Assembly (NCBI GenBank): GCA_903830945.1
Contig: CAIKVT010000026.1
Coordinates: 19,823 to 83,822, forward strand
Origin: an uncultured Elusimicrobia bacterium
Lineage (GTDB): Bacteria > Elusimicrobiota > Elusimicrobia > UBA1565 > UBA9628
Direction: 5' to 3'
DNA length: 64,000 bases
Positions 1 to 9,557 of this stretch are shown here, piece after piece. The translations under genes and the position numbers were made by a program. A model generated the notes under the pieces. It saw only the letters and a list, made by a program, of their open reading frames with translations. It searched no databases and was not told where the DNA came from. Positions within the stretch are counted from its first letter, which is position 1. Each line of letters opens with the position of its first letter.

Positions 1-443
1 AGCTGCCAGACCTCGGTCTCGGAAAGCGACTTACCGAAAGCAGGCATGCCCGTCAGCCGGATGCCGTGGGAAACGACCCAATAACTGCGGCCCTCGGGAT
101 CATCCTCGACGCCATCCTGGGCCAACTGGGGGGGCTTCTGGTAGAGGCCGCCGGCGATATGCGAGGGCCGGGCGTCGGCGGCACCGTGGCAGACGACGCA
201 CTCGGCGGCGTAGAGCCGGACTCCGGCGCGCAGGTTTTCGTCGGTGAGCGGCACGGTGACAGGCCCGCTCGGGGCCTCGCGACGGATGGCGGCGCGCAGC
301 GACTTGCGCGCCGCCCACATCTCCAGGCGGCCCGGCTTACCGTCCGCGTTGGCCGGCAAAACTCCCGCGGCGATGAAGACATAAGCAGCAACGGCGCCCG
401 CGAGCGCGGCGGCCACGGCTCCGACCAGTATCCCCTTGACCAT
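1..443 (-). CDS. c-type cytochrome, membrane-anchored (partial; runs off the window start)
   Basis: Hand translation of the minus strand from ATG at 443 gives MVKGILVGAVAAALAGAVAAYVFIAAG... (N-terminal TM helix) and a heme-binding CXXCH motif (AAECVVCHGA). No stop before position 1, and it is absent from the ORF track because it is edge-truncated. The track ORFs 53..457(-) and 66..536(+) are other frames or antisense of this gene. Confidence 0.6.
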   Translation of the reverse strand, partial: MVKGILVGAVAAALAGAVAAYVFIAAGVLPANADGKPGRLEMWAARKSLRAAIRREAPSGPVTVPLTDENLRAGVRLYAAECVVCHGAADARPSHIAGGLYQKPPQLAQDGVEDDPEGRSYWVVSHGIRLTGMPAFGKSLSETEVWQ

Positions 444-567
444 GCGGTCTCTCCCACGACGCCGGTGGAGCCGGCTCTCCGAGTACTAAAATACCAAATA
501 GCAGAGCGCCCTGGACAACCCCACGGCCGGATTTAGCAGGAAATAATTCCTATAATCTGAAAGGCTT

Positions 568-1494
568 ATGATCCTGGCGAAGAATCTCACCAAGCGCTTC
601 GGCGACCGCACAGTAGTCGACCATATCAACTTCGACATCCCGCAAGGCCAGGTCGTAGGATTCCTCGGCCCCAACGGCGCGGGCAAAACCACGACCATGC
701 GCCTGCTGACCGCTTATCTGCCCGCCGACGAAGGTCAAGCCGAACTCGCTGGTCTGAACGTCTTCAACCAGCCCCTGGCCGTGCGCCGCCGCCTGGGCTA
801 CCTTCCAGAGGATAACCCACTCTGGGAAGACCTTGAACTCACCGAAGCCCTGCATTTCGCCGGCCGCCTGCGCGGCCTCACCGACGACGCATCCCGCGCC
901 GCCCGCGTAAGGGCCGTGGTCAAGTCCTGCGGCCTGCGCCGCGAGATCGGCACCAAAGTCGGCGAGCTCTCCAAGGGCTTCCGCCAGCGGCTGGGCCTGG
1001 CCGCGGCCATCATCCACGACCCCGAGATCCTTATCTTAGACGAGCCCACCTCCGGCCTCGACCCCAACCAGGTCTTGGAGGTGCGCGACCTCATCTACGA
1101 ACTGCGCACCCATAAGACCGTGTTGATCTCAACCCACATCCTGCCCGAGGTGACCGCCACCTGCGACCGCGTCATCATCATCAACGCGGGCAAGATCGTC
1201 GCCGACGGCACGCCTGCGGATCTGGCCGGAGACATGGCGGACAAGAACCGCCTGCACGTGGAGCTCAAGGGTCCCAAAGACGACATCCGCCGAGCCCTGG
1301 CCGGCCTCCCCGGCGCATCCCAAATCGTCGCGGACGAGATCGAAGGGAGCTTCATCGTCGAGTCTGCAGCTGGAGCCGACCTGCGCGAAGGTGTCTTCCG
1401 TCTGGCCGCGCATAACGATTGGCCCATCCTGTCCTTGCGTCAGGAACGGCTCAGCCTAGAAGAGATCTTCCGCGCCCTAACTCAAAACCCATGA
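568..1494 (+). CDS. ABC transporter ATP-binding protein (ABC-2 / GldA-like)
   Basis: Walker A GPNGAGKTT, ABC signature LSKGFRQR, Walker B ILILDEPTSGLD and an H-loop. First gene of a 4-gene operon with overlapping start/stop codons. Confidence 0.9.
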   Translation: MILAKNLTKRFGDRTVVDHINFDIPQGQVVGFLGPNGAGKTTTMRLLTAYLPADEGQAELAGLNVFNQPLAVRRRLGYLPEDNPLWEDLELTEALHFAGRLRGLTDDASRAARVRAVVKSCGLRREIGTKVGELSKGFRQRLGLAAAIIHDPEILILDEPTSGLDPNQVLEVRDLIYELRTHKTVLISTHILPEVTATCDRVIIINAGKIVADGTPADLAGDMADKNRLHVELKGPKDDIRRALAGLPGASQIVADEIEGSFIVESAAGADLREGVFRLAAHNDWPILSLRQERLSLEEIFRALTQNP

Positions 1495-2255
1495 TGGAAT
1501 GTCAAATATCAAACCCTAGCCCCCGCGGAGTCTTTCAGGCCCACGCGGTCAAAGCCCTCGCGGCTCGGACCTTGCGCTCGTACTTCGAGTCGCCCACCGC
1601 CACCGTGACCCTCTTCGTCTTCTACCTACTCACCGGCTATCTCTTCGCCGCGCCGCTCTTCCTCGTCAAGATCGCCAGCCTCCGCGGACTCATCGATTTC
1701 GTGCCTTTGCTGCTGGCCTTCTTGGTTCCGGCCTTGACCATGGGCCTGCTCGCCGAAGAGCTCAAGTCCGGAACCTTTGAGACCCTGGCGACTCTACCCC
1801 TGGAAGACTGGGACATCGTTCTGGGCAAATATCTGGGGTTCGCGGCCCTGCATCTGGTCTGTATAGCCGGTCTGATTTTCTACGTCCTGGTCCTGGCGCT
1901 GTGCGCCTCGCCGGCTGGTCTGGATTGGGGGGAGATGCTCGGAACCTTGCTGGGCCTGGCTTTGACCGGCCTAGCTTTCGGCGCGATCGGCATCTTTACC
2001 TCATCGTTGGGAAAAAACCAAGTCGTGGCCTTCGTGATGGCTTTTTTGGTCTGCTTCGTGCTCTTCATCCTGGGCAAGACCGCCGGACTCTTGCCCGGAG
2101 GCCTCGGAAGCGTCGTTGAGTATATCGGTCTCGACGCCCATATGGATAACCTAGCCAAGGGCGTGTTGGACTCGCGGGACCTGGTCTATTTCGCCAGCCT
2201 GGTCTTCACTTTCCTCTATCTGACCGTGCAGCGCCTGCAGGCCCGGAGATTCTGA
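1491..2255 (+). CDS. ABC-2 family permease (GldF-like)
   Basis: Polytopic membrane protein. The ATG at 1491 overlaps the upstream TGA (ATGA coupling). The track start at 1419 overlaps the ATPase gene and was rejected. Confidence 0.75.
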   Translation: MMECQISNPSPRGVFQAHAVKALAARTLRSYFESPTATVTLFVFYLLTGYLFAAPLFLVKIASLRGLIDFVPLLLAFLVPALTMGLLAEELKSGTFETLATLPLEDWDIVLGKYLGFAALHLVCIAGLIFYVLVLALCASPAGLDWGEMLGTLLGLALTGLAFGAIGIFTSSLGKNQVVAFVMAFLVCFVLFILGKTAGLLPGGLGSVVEYIGLDAHMDNLAKGVLDSRDLVYFASLVFTFLYLTVQRLQARRF

Positions 2256-2256
2256 G

Positions 2257-3816
2257 ATGGAGCAGCGAATGCGCAGACAAGCGAAGGTCTTCTCTTGGAC
2301 CGGGGCCGCAGTCCTACTGACGGCGCTGGCCGCGGCCAACCTTCTCTCCTACCTCCTGTTCGTACGCGTGGACCTATCGGCCCACCAGGCGTATTCCATA
2401 TCGAGCGGGACCAAGAATCTCTTGCACGGCCTTAAAGACACCCTGACCATCAAGGCTTATTACACCGCGGGCCTGCCCCCGCCCTACGGCCTCGACAGGC
2501 AGTACCTCCGGGATCTGCTCGCCGAATACAAAAGCGCCGGCCGCGGCCGGATCCAGTTGGAATTCATCGACCCCTCAAGCGAGAAGCGCCGCCGCGAGGC
2601 CCTGGCGGCCGGCGTGGCGCCGCTGCAGCTCAGCGTGACCAGCCACGAGAAGTTCGAGGTCAAGGAATCCCTCATGGGCGTGGTCTTCCTCTACCGGGGC
2701 CAGACCGAGGTCATCCCGGCCATCAACGGCGTCGCAGACCTCGAGTACGACCTCACCAGCCGCATCAAGAAGCTGTCCTCCGCAGATACCAAGACCGTAG
2801 GCTTCATTACCGGCCACGGCGAGGCCGCGCCCGACAACCCGGCCAACGAGCCGCTCTTCGCCCAAGTCTCGGAGCAGATGAAGGCGAAAGCCGTATCCCT
2901 GGACCAGCCCGTGCCCGCGGATGTCGACGCCCTCTGGATCTGGGGCCCGACCTCGCCTTTCAAGCCCGCGGAACTCGAACGCCTCAAGGCCTGGCTCAGC
3001 TCCGGCGGGTCTCTGGGCTTGCTGCTCTCCCGCCGGGAAGTGGATCTGCACCGCTTCACCGCGCGCCCCAATGCCACGGGCCTGGAGCCGCTGCTGGCGC
3101 AGTGGGGGCTGGACGTGCCGGAAAGCTTCGTCGCCGACGCCCAGTGCGAGAAGATCCAGATGGAGCAGCCTTACGGGCCGTTCCGCTCCGTCATCGTCGT
3201 GGATTATCCCTTCATCCCGGTCGCCTCGCACTTCGACCGCAGCCATCCCGCGGTGCGCGGCCTGGACGCCGTGAGCTTCCCGTTCGTAAGCCCCATCAGA
3301 GTCAAGGCGGGCGGCCCGACCAGCCTGGTCTACACATCGCTCGTCGATTCCACCAGGACGAGTTGGCTGCGCTCCCAGCCTTCGGTCACTCCCACGACTC
3401 CCATCGAAGAGCTCGTCACCAAGGACCAAGGCCCCTTCTCTTTAGCCGGAGTCCTGCAGGGGGACTTCTCCAAGGTGACGCCTGCCGCAGGGCCGGTCAC
3501 GACGCCGCGCATCGGCCATCTCATCATAGTCGGGACCGCCCAACAGGTCCGACCGCAGTTCGCCGGCAAGCAAGCCAACGCGATCTTCCTGATGAACCTC
3601 CTAGAATGGTCGCTCCAGGACGAGACCTTGCTCTCCATCCGGTCCAAGTCCGCGGCCTACCGACCTTTACGTCCACTGCCCCTGGCGGCAATCCTGACGG
3701 CCAAATACTCGCTGATCCTCTTCCTGCCCCTGACCCTGATCGCGGCGGGACTATGGTACTACGGCCGGAGGAAAGCGCAACGGCGGGAACTAGCGCGGGA
3801 TTTCGATGACGCCTAA
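2257..3816 (+). CDS. GldG-like ABC-type auxiliary / substrate-binding component
   Basis: N-terminal TM, large extracytoplasmic domain and C-terminal TM anchor. It starts 1 nt after the permease stop, the typical GldA-GldF-GldG gene order. Confidence 0.7.
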   Translation: MEQRMRRQAKVFSWTGAAVLLTALAAANLLSYLLFVRVDLSAHQAYSISSGTKNLLHGLKDTLTIKAYYTAGLPPPYGLDRQYLRDLLAEYKSAGRGRIQLEFIDPSSEKRRREALAAGVAPLQLSVTSHEKFEVKESLMGVVFLYRGQTEVIPAINGVADLEYDLTSRIKKLSSADTKTVGFITGHGEAAPDNPANEPLFAQVSEQMKAKAVSLDQPVPADVDALWIWGPTSPFKPAELERLKAWLSSGGSLGLLLSRREVDLHRFTARPNATGLEPLLAQWGLDVPESFVADAQCEKIQMEQPYGPFRSVIVVDYPFIPVASHFDRSHPAVRGLDAVSFPFVSPIRVKAGGPTSLVYTSLVDSTRTSWLRSQPSVTPTTPIEELVTKDQGPFSLAGVLQGDFSKVTPAAGPVTTPRIGHLIIVGTAQQVRPQFAGKQANAIFLMNLLEWSLQDETLLSIRSKSAAYRPLRPLPLAAILTAKYSLILFLPLTLIAAGLWYYGRRKAQRRELARDFDDA

Positions 3817-4696
3817 AAAGATCGCCCTCTCGGCTTTGGTCGCGGCCGTGCTGGCCGGGGCCGCGGCGCTCTTATTCTGGCTCCAGAAACCGACGGAGCC
3901 GTCCCAACCTCTGGCCAAGCTCCGCGCCGGGGACCTGAGCCGCATCGAGCTGGACCACAACGGCGCGCATGTGGCTTTGGAGATGCGGGCCGGAACTTGG
4001 CGGCTGACCTCCCCGGTCCAAGACGACGCGGACGACAGCGCCGTTGACGGCCTCTCCCGGAGCCTGCGCGGCCTCGCTTTAGGCTCGGAGGTCTCGCGCG
4101 ACCCCGCGGGCTATGGGGACTACGAAGTCAACGAATCGAGCGCAACCCGGGTGCGGGTCTACTCCCGCACGAGCGCGGCGCCGGTGCTGGATGGCTACAT
4201 CGGAAAAACGGCCGTGGGGGACTCGGTCTATTTCCGGCCCGACCGCGAAGCGGCGGTCTATTTGGCGGAGGGGGTCGGGTCCTACGCCCTGCGCCAAAGC
4301 GCCGAAGACCTGCGCAGCAAGGCCGTATTGTCCATCTCCGCGGGAGACCTCCAGAGCCTGAAGTTCACGGGGCCAGACGGCTTCTCCCTGACCAGATCAA
4401 GCGAGGTTTGGCTGGCCTCAGGCCGAAATCTCTCCGCCGACCAGGCGGCGGAGCTCGTCCTCTCCGCGACGTCCCTGCGCTTCATGGGCTTTGCCCCCGC
4501 GGACACGCCGGCCGGAAAGGCGGGCTTTGACAAGCCGGCCGTGGACATGATCGGCAAAGATGCGGGGCACAGCGAGCGCGTCCTCATCGGCCGAGAAGAT
4601 ACCGGGCGCCGCTACGCCAAGGCTGAGCGGGGGACCGTGGGCTTCGTGCCAAGATCCGACGTGGATTCTCTGCTCAAACTACTCAAGCGACGATAG
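3806..4696 (+). CDS. DUF4340-like protein (commonly follows GldG-like genes)
   Basis: Signal/TM N-terminus. Overlaps the GldG stop by 11 nt. Family assignment is from recall of genomic context and sequence style only. Confidence 0.5.
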   Translation: MTPKKIALSALVAAVLAGAAALLFWLQKPTEPSQPLAKLRAGDLSRIELDHNGAHVALEMRAGTWRLTSPVQDDADDSAVDGLSRSLRGLALGSEVSRDPAGYGDYEVNESSATRVRVYSRTSAAPVLDGYIGKTAVGDSVYFRPDREAAVYLAEGVGSYALRQSAEDLRSKAVLSISAGDLQSLKFTGPDGFSLTRSSEVWLASGRNLSADQAAELVLSATSLRFMGFAPADTPAGKAGFDKPAVDMIGKDAGHSERVLIGREDTGRRYAKAERGTVGFVPRSDVDSLLKLLKRR

Positions 4697-5840
4697 GCAG
4701 ATCCCGCAGGGCCTGCCAGACCTCATCGACGGACACCTTACGCTCCCCGGCGTCTATGACGCGGTGGCCAGGAAGATGGCCATAGCCGTAGCGCCACGGC
4801 TCACTGCTCCATGTCGCACTGCCCAGGAAAAGCTCGACGGTTGACACGCCCAACGCCACGGCTAGATGCATGGGCCCGGTGTCCGCCGTGACCACGGCCC
4901 GGGACTGGGACAGGACCGAGGCGAAGCGCCGCAAAGGCAGGGAAGGCGCCATAACAAGACCGTCCGGGAGACGGAGTCCTGAAAGCAGGAACTTCTCGGC
5001 GGGACCCGCGAAGAGAACGCAACGGCGGCCCTGGGCCAGGATGCGACGCGCCAGCTCGAGGAACGACGAAAGCGGCCAGCGCTTCTCCGCGCGCGCGCCC
5101 ACGAAGAGGGCGACGCTGTCACCCTCCAGCCCCCAGGAGGACCAAAGGACCTCTCCGTCGGCGCGCTCCTCTACGCTGAGATGGCACTCCGGCTGGGCCG
5201 ACTCCGGCTCCTCCATGCCCACGGCGACGAGATGCCTGAGCAGGCCAAGCTGTATCTGCGTCTCATGCAGCGGCAGAGCCGGCTGGGGCACCAGTTCGTT
5301 GAGGAAGACCTTGGCGTCGCCACGGTCGAAGCCCACGGTCCGCCGCGCGCCGGAGAGCGCGGTGATGATCGCGCTGGAAAGTGAGAAGGCATGCATGGCC
5401 GATGCGTCGAAGGCCACATCGTAGCGATTGCCGCGCAAGGTCCGCAGCAGCCGCACGGGGAGCGTGGGGTCCGGCCAAAGAATCTCCTTGGGCAGGACGA
5501 ACTGTTCGTGGACGTTGGGATCTCCACGCAGGATCTCGCCGTAGGCATCGGAAACCAGGATGTCGGTGACGGAGGCGGTGAAGGCCGCCCGCAGGGCTTT
5601 CAGCAGGGGGGTCAAGAGGAGAAGGTTTCCCAACCGGCTGTCCTGCCGGACAATGAGCACCCGCCGCACGGAAGCGGGCTCGAGCCTGCCCATCTCCGGC
5701 TTGGGCCGGGGCAAGAACGCGCGCAGAAGGCCGCGCAATGCCCCGCTGCCGGCCCGCTCGAACCTCTTGGCGCCGTCCTTGAACCTGCCCATCCTGGCCG
5801 TTTCCTCCCGGAGCATCATCTTAGCAAACTGCCCGCTCAC
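4683..5840 (-). CDS. Glycosyltransferase family 9 (ADP-heptose:LPS heptosyltransferase-like)
   Basis: 385 aa with typical GT9 C-terminal motifs (VTADTGPMHLAVALGVSTVELF) and a GT-B fold pattern. Confidence 0.75.
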   Translation of the reverse strand: MSGQFAKMMLREETARMGRFKDGAKRFERAGSGALRGLLRAFLPRPKPEMGRLEPASVRRVLIVRQDSRLGNLLLLTPLLKALRAAFTASVTDILVSDAYGEILRGDPNVHEQFVLPKEILWPDPTLPVRLLRTLRGNRYDVAFDASAMHAFSLSSAIITALSGARRTVGFDRGDAKVFLNELVPQPALPLHETQIQLGLLRHLVAVGMEEPESAQPECHLSVEERADGEVLWSSWGLEGDSVALFVGARAEKRWPLSSFLELARRILAQGRRCVLFAGPAEKFLLSGLRLPDGLVMAPSLPLRRFASVLSQSRAVVTADTGPMHLAVALGVSTVELFLGSATWSSEPWRYGYGHLPGHRVIDAGERKVSVDEVWQALRDLPIVA

Positions 5841-5866
5841 GAAGAATCAAATAAGCTGGAATCTTC

Positions 5867-5896
5867 TTGCCAGTATGCGGTTTCCCATGCTAGCAT
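5867..5896 (+). promoter_or_regulatory. Candidate sigma70-like promoter for the hybrid HK (TTGCCA - 18 nt - TAGCAT)
   Basis: AT-richer divergent intergenic region between the GT9 gene and the HK. Hexamers found by eye; nothing else supports it. Confidence 0.2.
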
Positions 5897-5927
5897 AGGG
5901 CATCGAGGGACTTCCCTCGCCACCCTA

Positions 5928-8900
5928 ATGAAAAAGCCCGCTCGCCGGCCCAGCAAGAAGCGCCTGTCCCGCAAGATGGGCCCGGTCAGGACCACGGATG
6001 CGATGCCCAACGCTCCGATCAAAAAACACCACCAGACCGAAAAAACGCTGAACGAATCCAAAGGCAAGCGCAAAGCCATCTTCCATGCTGGCATCAAGTC
6101 CAGCCCGCTCGTTATGGGCGGGCGCGCCCACATCACAGGCGTCTTCACGGACAGCACCTCGCGCCAAGAGAACAAGCGCTCCTTGCGCTTGATGAAATGC
6201 GTGATGGAGCGCACTTCAGACGCGGTCTTATTTGTCGATGGAAACGGCCGGATACGCTACGGCAATCCGGCCGCCTGCCGGCACCTCGGCTACGATAAAG
6301 AAGAGCTGCTTCGACTGTCGATTTGGGACATCGACCCGGCTTTCCCTCCGGACAAAAGAAAAAAGCTGCTCTGGGCCAATCTCAAGGCCGGGGATACGAC
6401 GCATTTCGAGACCACCCATCGCGTCAAGGACGGACGCCTCGTGCCCGTGGAAGTCACCATCAACCACATCACATTCGAAAACAAGGGACTCAACATCTCC
6501 TTCTGCCGCGACATCAGCGCGCGCAAGCAGGCGGAGGAGACCCGGCATCGCCTGAGTCGAGAACTGCGAGCCCTCAGCAACTGCAACCAGACCTTATTGC
6601 GGGCTAAGGACGAACAGACGCTGCTCAACGACGTCTGCCGCATCATCTGCGACGAGGCTGGCTACCGCTTGGCCTGGATAGGATATGCCGAGCATGACAA
6701 GGCCAAGACCGTTCGGCTGGCGGCCTGGGCCGGGTTCGAGGACGGCTACGTCACAAACGCCCACCTCTCCTGGGCCGACACGAAACAGGGGCGCGGCCCC
6801 ACCGGAACCACCATCCGGAGCGGAGAGATGGTCTTCACCAAGGATTTCGCCACGGACCCCAAAATGGCTCCGTGGCGCAACCAGGCCTTACAGCATGGAT
6901 ATCGCTCCAGTATCGCTCTCCCACTGAAAGACAAAAACGCAAACACTTTCGGCGCCCTCACTGTCTACTCCACGGAACCCAATTCCTTCACAACAGACGA
7001 AATACGGCTCCTAGAAGAACTGGCGGACGATCTGGCGTTCGGCATCATGGTCCAGCGCGCCCGCATCAAGCACCAGCACTCCAAAGAGGAGCTCGCTTTT
7101 TCCGAGAAAAAATTCTCCCTCGCTTTCAATGTCAGCCCGGACGCGATGGCCATCACCGATCTGGAGACCGCCGACATCGTCGACGTAAACGAGGCGTTCG
7201 TGGCCTGGTCCGGGTACACTCGCCAAGAACTGCTCGGCCGACACAGCAACACCCTCCACTTATGGGTGTCTCCCGAGGAACGCAGCCAAGTCGTGGCAAA
7301 ACTAAAATCCAGCTCCGGCACGGTCAGGATTACAACGTTGGCCAAGGTCAAGGACGGCAGTCTCCGTCACATCGTTTTCTCCGCGAATCTGATCCAAATA
7401 GAGGGCCGGACCTATCTCTTGAGCCTGACACACGACATCACCGAGCGCATAAGGGATGAAGAGGCGCGCGCGTTGAACTCCCAACGCCTGCAGGCGCTGC
7501 TGAAGCTAAACCAGATGACGCAGGCGACGTTGCAGGAGATCACGGACTTCACCTTGGAAGAGGCCGTACGGCTGACCCAAAGCAAAATCGGCTATCTGGC
7601 GTTTCTCAACGAGGATGAGAGCGTCCTCACCATGCACTCCTGGTCGAAATCCGCCATGGCAGAATGCGCCACCAGCGAGACGCCGCTCCGGTATCCTGTC
7701 GCGACCACCGGACTCTGGGGCGAAGCGGTCCGGCAGCGCCAGCCCGTCATCACCAACGATTACACCACCGCCAACCCATTGAAAAAAGGCTATCCTCAAG
7801 GCCACGTGGTCATCAAACGTCACATGAATATCCCCGTCGTCGAGGACTCCCGGATCGTCATTGTCGCGGGTGTAGGCAACAAAACCGAAGAGTACAATCA
7901 AGGCGACGTCCAGCAATTAACCCTGCTGATGGAAGGCATGTGGCGCCTTTTGGAGCGCAAGCGCGCGGAGGAGGAGCACACGCGGCTCCTGGAAGCGGAA
8001 AAGGCGGCCCGCGTCGAAGCCGAGGTCGCCAACAAGGCCAAGGACGATTTCCTGGCCATCGTCTCCCACGAACTGCGCACGCCTCTGACCGCCATCATGG
8101 GCTGGATCTGGCTGCTGCGCTCGGGCCAGCTCGCGGAGGAGGAGCGCCAGAACGCCTTGGACACCATCATGCGCAACATGCAGTCCCAGCGGCAGATCGT
8201 CGAGGACCTCATCGACGTGTCGAGCCTTTCGCGGGGGCAATTAAATTTGAGCCACGACCCCGTGGAATTGAACGCCATATTAGGCTCCGCCTGCGACTCG
8301 CTGGGACAACTGGTGCAAGGCCGCGATATCCGCCTGAGTCGCAAACTGTCGGAACCGGTCGGCGTCTTGGGAGACGCCAGACGGTTGCAGCAAGTCTTCA
8401 CGAACCTCTTGCACAACGCCATGAAGTTCACCCCGAAAGGAGGGGAGATCCGCGTGTCCCTGAACCAGGAAGGCGGCCAGGCCGTGGCCGTGGTGCAAGA
8501 CAGCGGCAAAGGCATCGCGGCTGATTTCCTGCCGCATGTCTTCGAGGCCTTCCGCCAAGGGGAAGACCCTCTCATCCGCGAACACCAAGGCCTGGGCTTG
8601 GGCTTGGCCATCGTCAAGCGTCTCGTGGAGCTCCACGACGGGACGGTGTCCGCGGTGAGCGCGGGCAAGGGCCGCGGCGCGATCTTCACCGTGCGCCTGC
8701 CCGCCGTAACTTGGCCGCCGCTGGGACAAGCCGCTCGCGCCACCCGAAGCGCGCCCGACCGGAGCATCCTCGAAGGCATCAACATCCTGGTCGTCGAAGA
8801 CGAGGCCGACGCGCGACAACTGCTCCAGCAGCTGCTCTCACGCTTCGGAGCCCTGGTCACAAACGTGGCCGACGCCGCCGAAGCCTGGGCGAGCCTGGAA

Positions 8901-9146
8901 CGATCCGTGCCCGACCTGCTGCTCTGCGACATCGCCCTGCCCGGGGAGGACGGCTGTGCACTGATACGAAAGGTGCGCAGCCGCGGCGGCAAGCTCGGAG
9001 CATTGCCGGCGGCCGCGCTGACCGCCATGGCTCAGGAAACCGACCGCGCCCGCGCGCTCAAAGCCGGCTTCCAGGTTTACCTGACCAAGCCCATAGAGCC
9101 GCCACAGCTCTTGGAGACGGTGCGTGCGCTCGTTGGCCGGCGCTGA
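5928..9146 (+). CDS. Multi-sensor hybrid histidine kinase (PAS-GAF-PAS-GAF-HisKA-HATPase_c-REC), cytoplasmic
   Basis: H-box FLAIVSHELRTPLTAI, N/G boxes (LLHNAMKFTP, DSGKGI, GLGLGLAIVKRLVELHDG) and a C-terminal receiver (ILVVEDEADARQ...LLLCDIALPGEDG...LTA...K). Two PAS-like and two GAF-like sensor blocks, no TM segment. The track ORF starts at 5391, but 5391..5927 is antisense of the GT9 gene; the in-frame ATG at 5928 (MKKPARRPSKK...) is the likely start, and ATG near 6192 (MKCVMERTSD) is an alternative. Confidence 0.85.
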   Translation: MKKPARRPSKKRLSRKMGPVRTTDAMPNAPIKKHHQTEKTLNESKGKRKAIFHAGIKSSPLVMGGRAHITGVFTDSTSRQENKRSLRLMKCVMERTSDAVLFVDGNGRIRYGNPAACRHLGYDKEELLRLSIWDIDPAFPPDKRKKLLWANLKAGDTTHFETTHRVKDGRLVPVEVTINHITFENKGLNISFCRDISARKQAEETRHRLSRELRALSNCNQTLLRAKDEQTLLNDVCRIICDEAGYRLAWIGYAEHDKAKTVRLAAWAGFEDGYVTNAHLSWADTKQGRGPTGTTIRSGEMVFTKDFATDPKMAPWRNQALQHGYRSSIALPLKDKNANTFGALTVYSTEPNSFTTDEIRLLEELADDLAFGIMVQRARIKHQHSKEELAFSEKKFSLAFNVSPDAMAITDLETADIVDVNEAFVAWSGYTRQELLGRHSNTLHLWVSPEERSQVVAKLKSSSGTVRITTLAKVKDGSLRHIVFSANLIQIEGRTYLLSLTHDITERIRDEEARALNSQRLQALLKLNQMTQATLQEITDFTLEEAVRLTQSKIGYLAFLNEDESVLTMHSWSKSAMAECATSETPLRYPVATTGLWGEAVRQRQPVITNDYTTANPLKKGYPQGHVVIKRHMNIPVVEDSRIVIVAGVGNKTEEYNQGDVQQLTLLMEGMWRLLERKRAEEEHTRLLEAEKAARVEAEVANKAKDDFLAIVSHELRTPLTAIMGWIWLLRSGQLAEEERQNALDTIMRNMQSQRQIVEDLIDVSSLSRGQLNLSHDPVELNAILGSACDSLGQLVQGRDIRLSRKLSEPVGVLGDARRLQQVFTNLLHNAMKFTPKGGEIRVSLNQEGGQAVAVVQDSGKGIAADFLPHVFEAFRQGEDPLIREHQGLGLGLAIVKRLVELHDGTVSAVSAGKGRGAIFTVRLPAVTWPPLGQAARATRSAPDRSILEGINILVVEDEADARQLLQQLLSRFGALVTNVADAAEAWASLERSVPDLLLCDIALPGEDGCALIRKVRSRGGKLGALPAAALTAMAQETDRARALKAGFQVYLTKPIEPPQLLETVRALVGRR

Positions 9147-9154
9147 AGAGAGGG

Positions 9155-9550
9155 CTACTTCTCCACGGCGGAAGCGACCAAGCCCCGGCCGGCGGCCAGG
9201 ACCGGCTGGTCCCAGAACGCGCAGACCACGGCCGCAAGCAAAAAAACAAAAGCCATGAAGTAATTGAGGCGCAGCCTCTCACCCAGATACAACCAAGCGA
9301 AGGCCACGAAGACGCAGAGAGTGATGACTTCCTGGATGATCTTGAGCTGGTAGCCGCTGAAGTACCCGTAGCCGATTCGATTGGCAGGGACCTGGAAGCA
9401 GTACTCGGCCAGAGCGATGCCCCAGCTCACCAGGATCGCGAGCCCCAAGGGCGAAGCTCGGTACTTAAGATGCCCGTACCAAGCCACGGTCATGAATAGG
9501 TTCGAGACGAACAACAAAAGGATCGTCGTCATGCTTGTTCTCCTGGGCAT
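9155..9550 (-). CDS. Small 4-TM membrane protein, DMT-superfamily-like (DUF486-like)
   Basis: ~125 aa and four predicted TM helices, with the motif FMTVAWYGHLK...QLKIIQEVITL that I associate with DUF486 small DMT-like proteins. Confidence 0.45.
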   Translation of the reverse strand: MPRRTSMTTILLLFVSNLFMTVAWYGHLKYRASPLGLAILVSWGIALAEYCFQVPANRIGYGYFSGYQLKIIQEVITLCVFVAFAWLYLGERLRLNYFMAFVFLLAAVVCAFWDQPVLAAGRGLVASAVEK

Positions 9551-9557
9551 CAGGACA

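Noticed and set aside
551-556. TATAAT hexamer 11 nt upstream of the ABC ATPase start codon
   Set aside because: Too close to the ATG to serve as a -10 for a leadered transcript with the visible GAAAGG RBS, and no convincing -35 at proper spacing.
2575-3429. Long minus-strand ORF (284 aa) inside the GldG-like gene, and similar antisense or shadow ORFs (e.g. 7898..9028-, 13178..14419+, 16575..17417-, 19733..20560-, 21185..22054+, 27302..27934-, 29219..30607-, 32580..33353+, 34688..35920+, 45152..46297-, 49257..50972+, 15277..15880-)
   Set aside because: Each overlaps a motif-bearing gene on the opposite strand or another frame, and the translations are low-complexity (Arg/Gly/Pro/Ala-rich) without recognisable domains. 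This is expected for stop-codon-poor high-GC sequence.
5391-5927. N-terminal 179 codons of the track ORF 5391..9146 (hybrid HK)
   Set aside because: This stretch is antisense to the well-supported GT9 gene (4683..5840) and has no domain features; the first plausible start is ATG 5928 in the divergent intergenic region.
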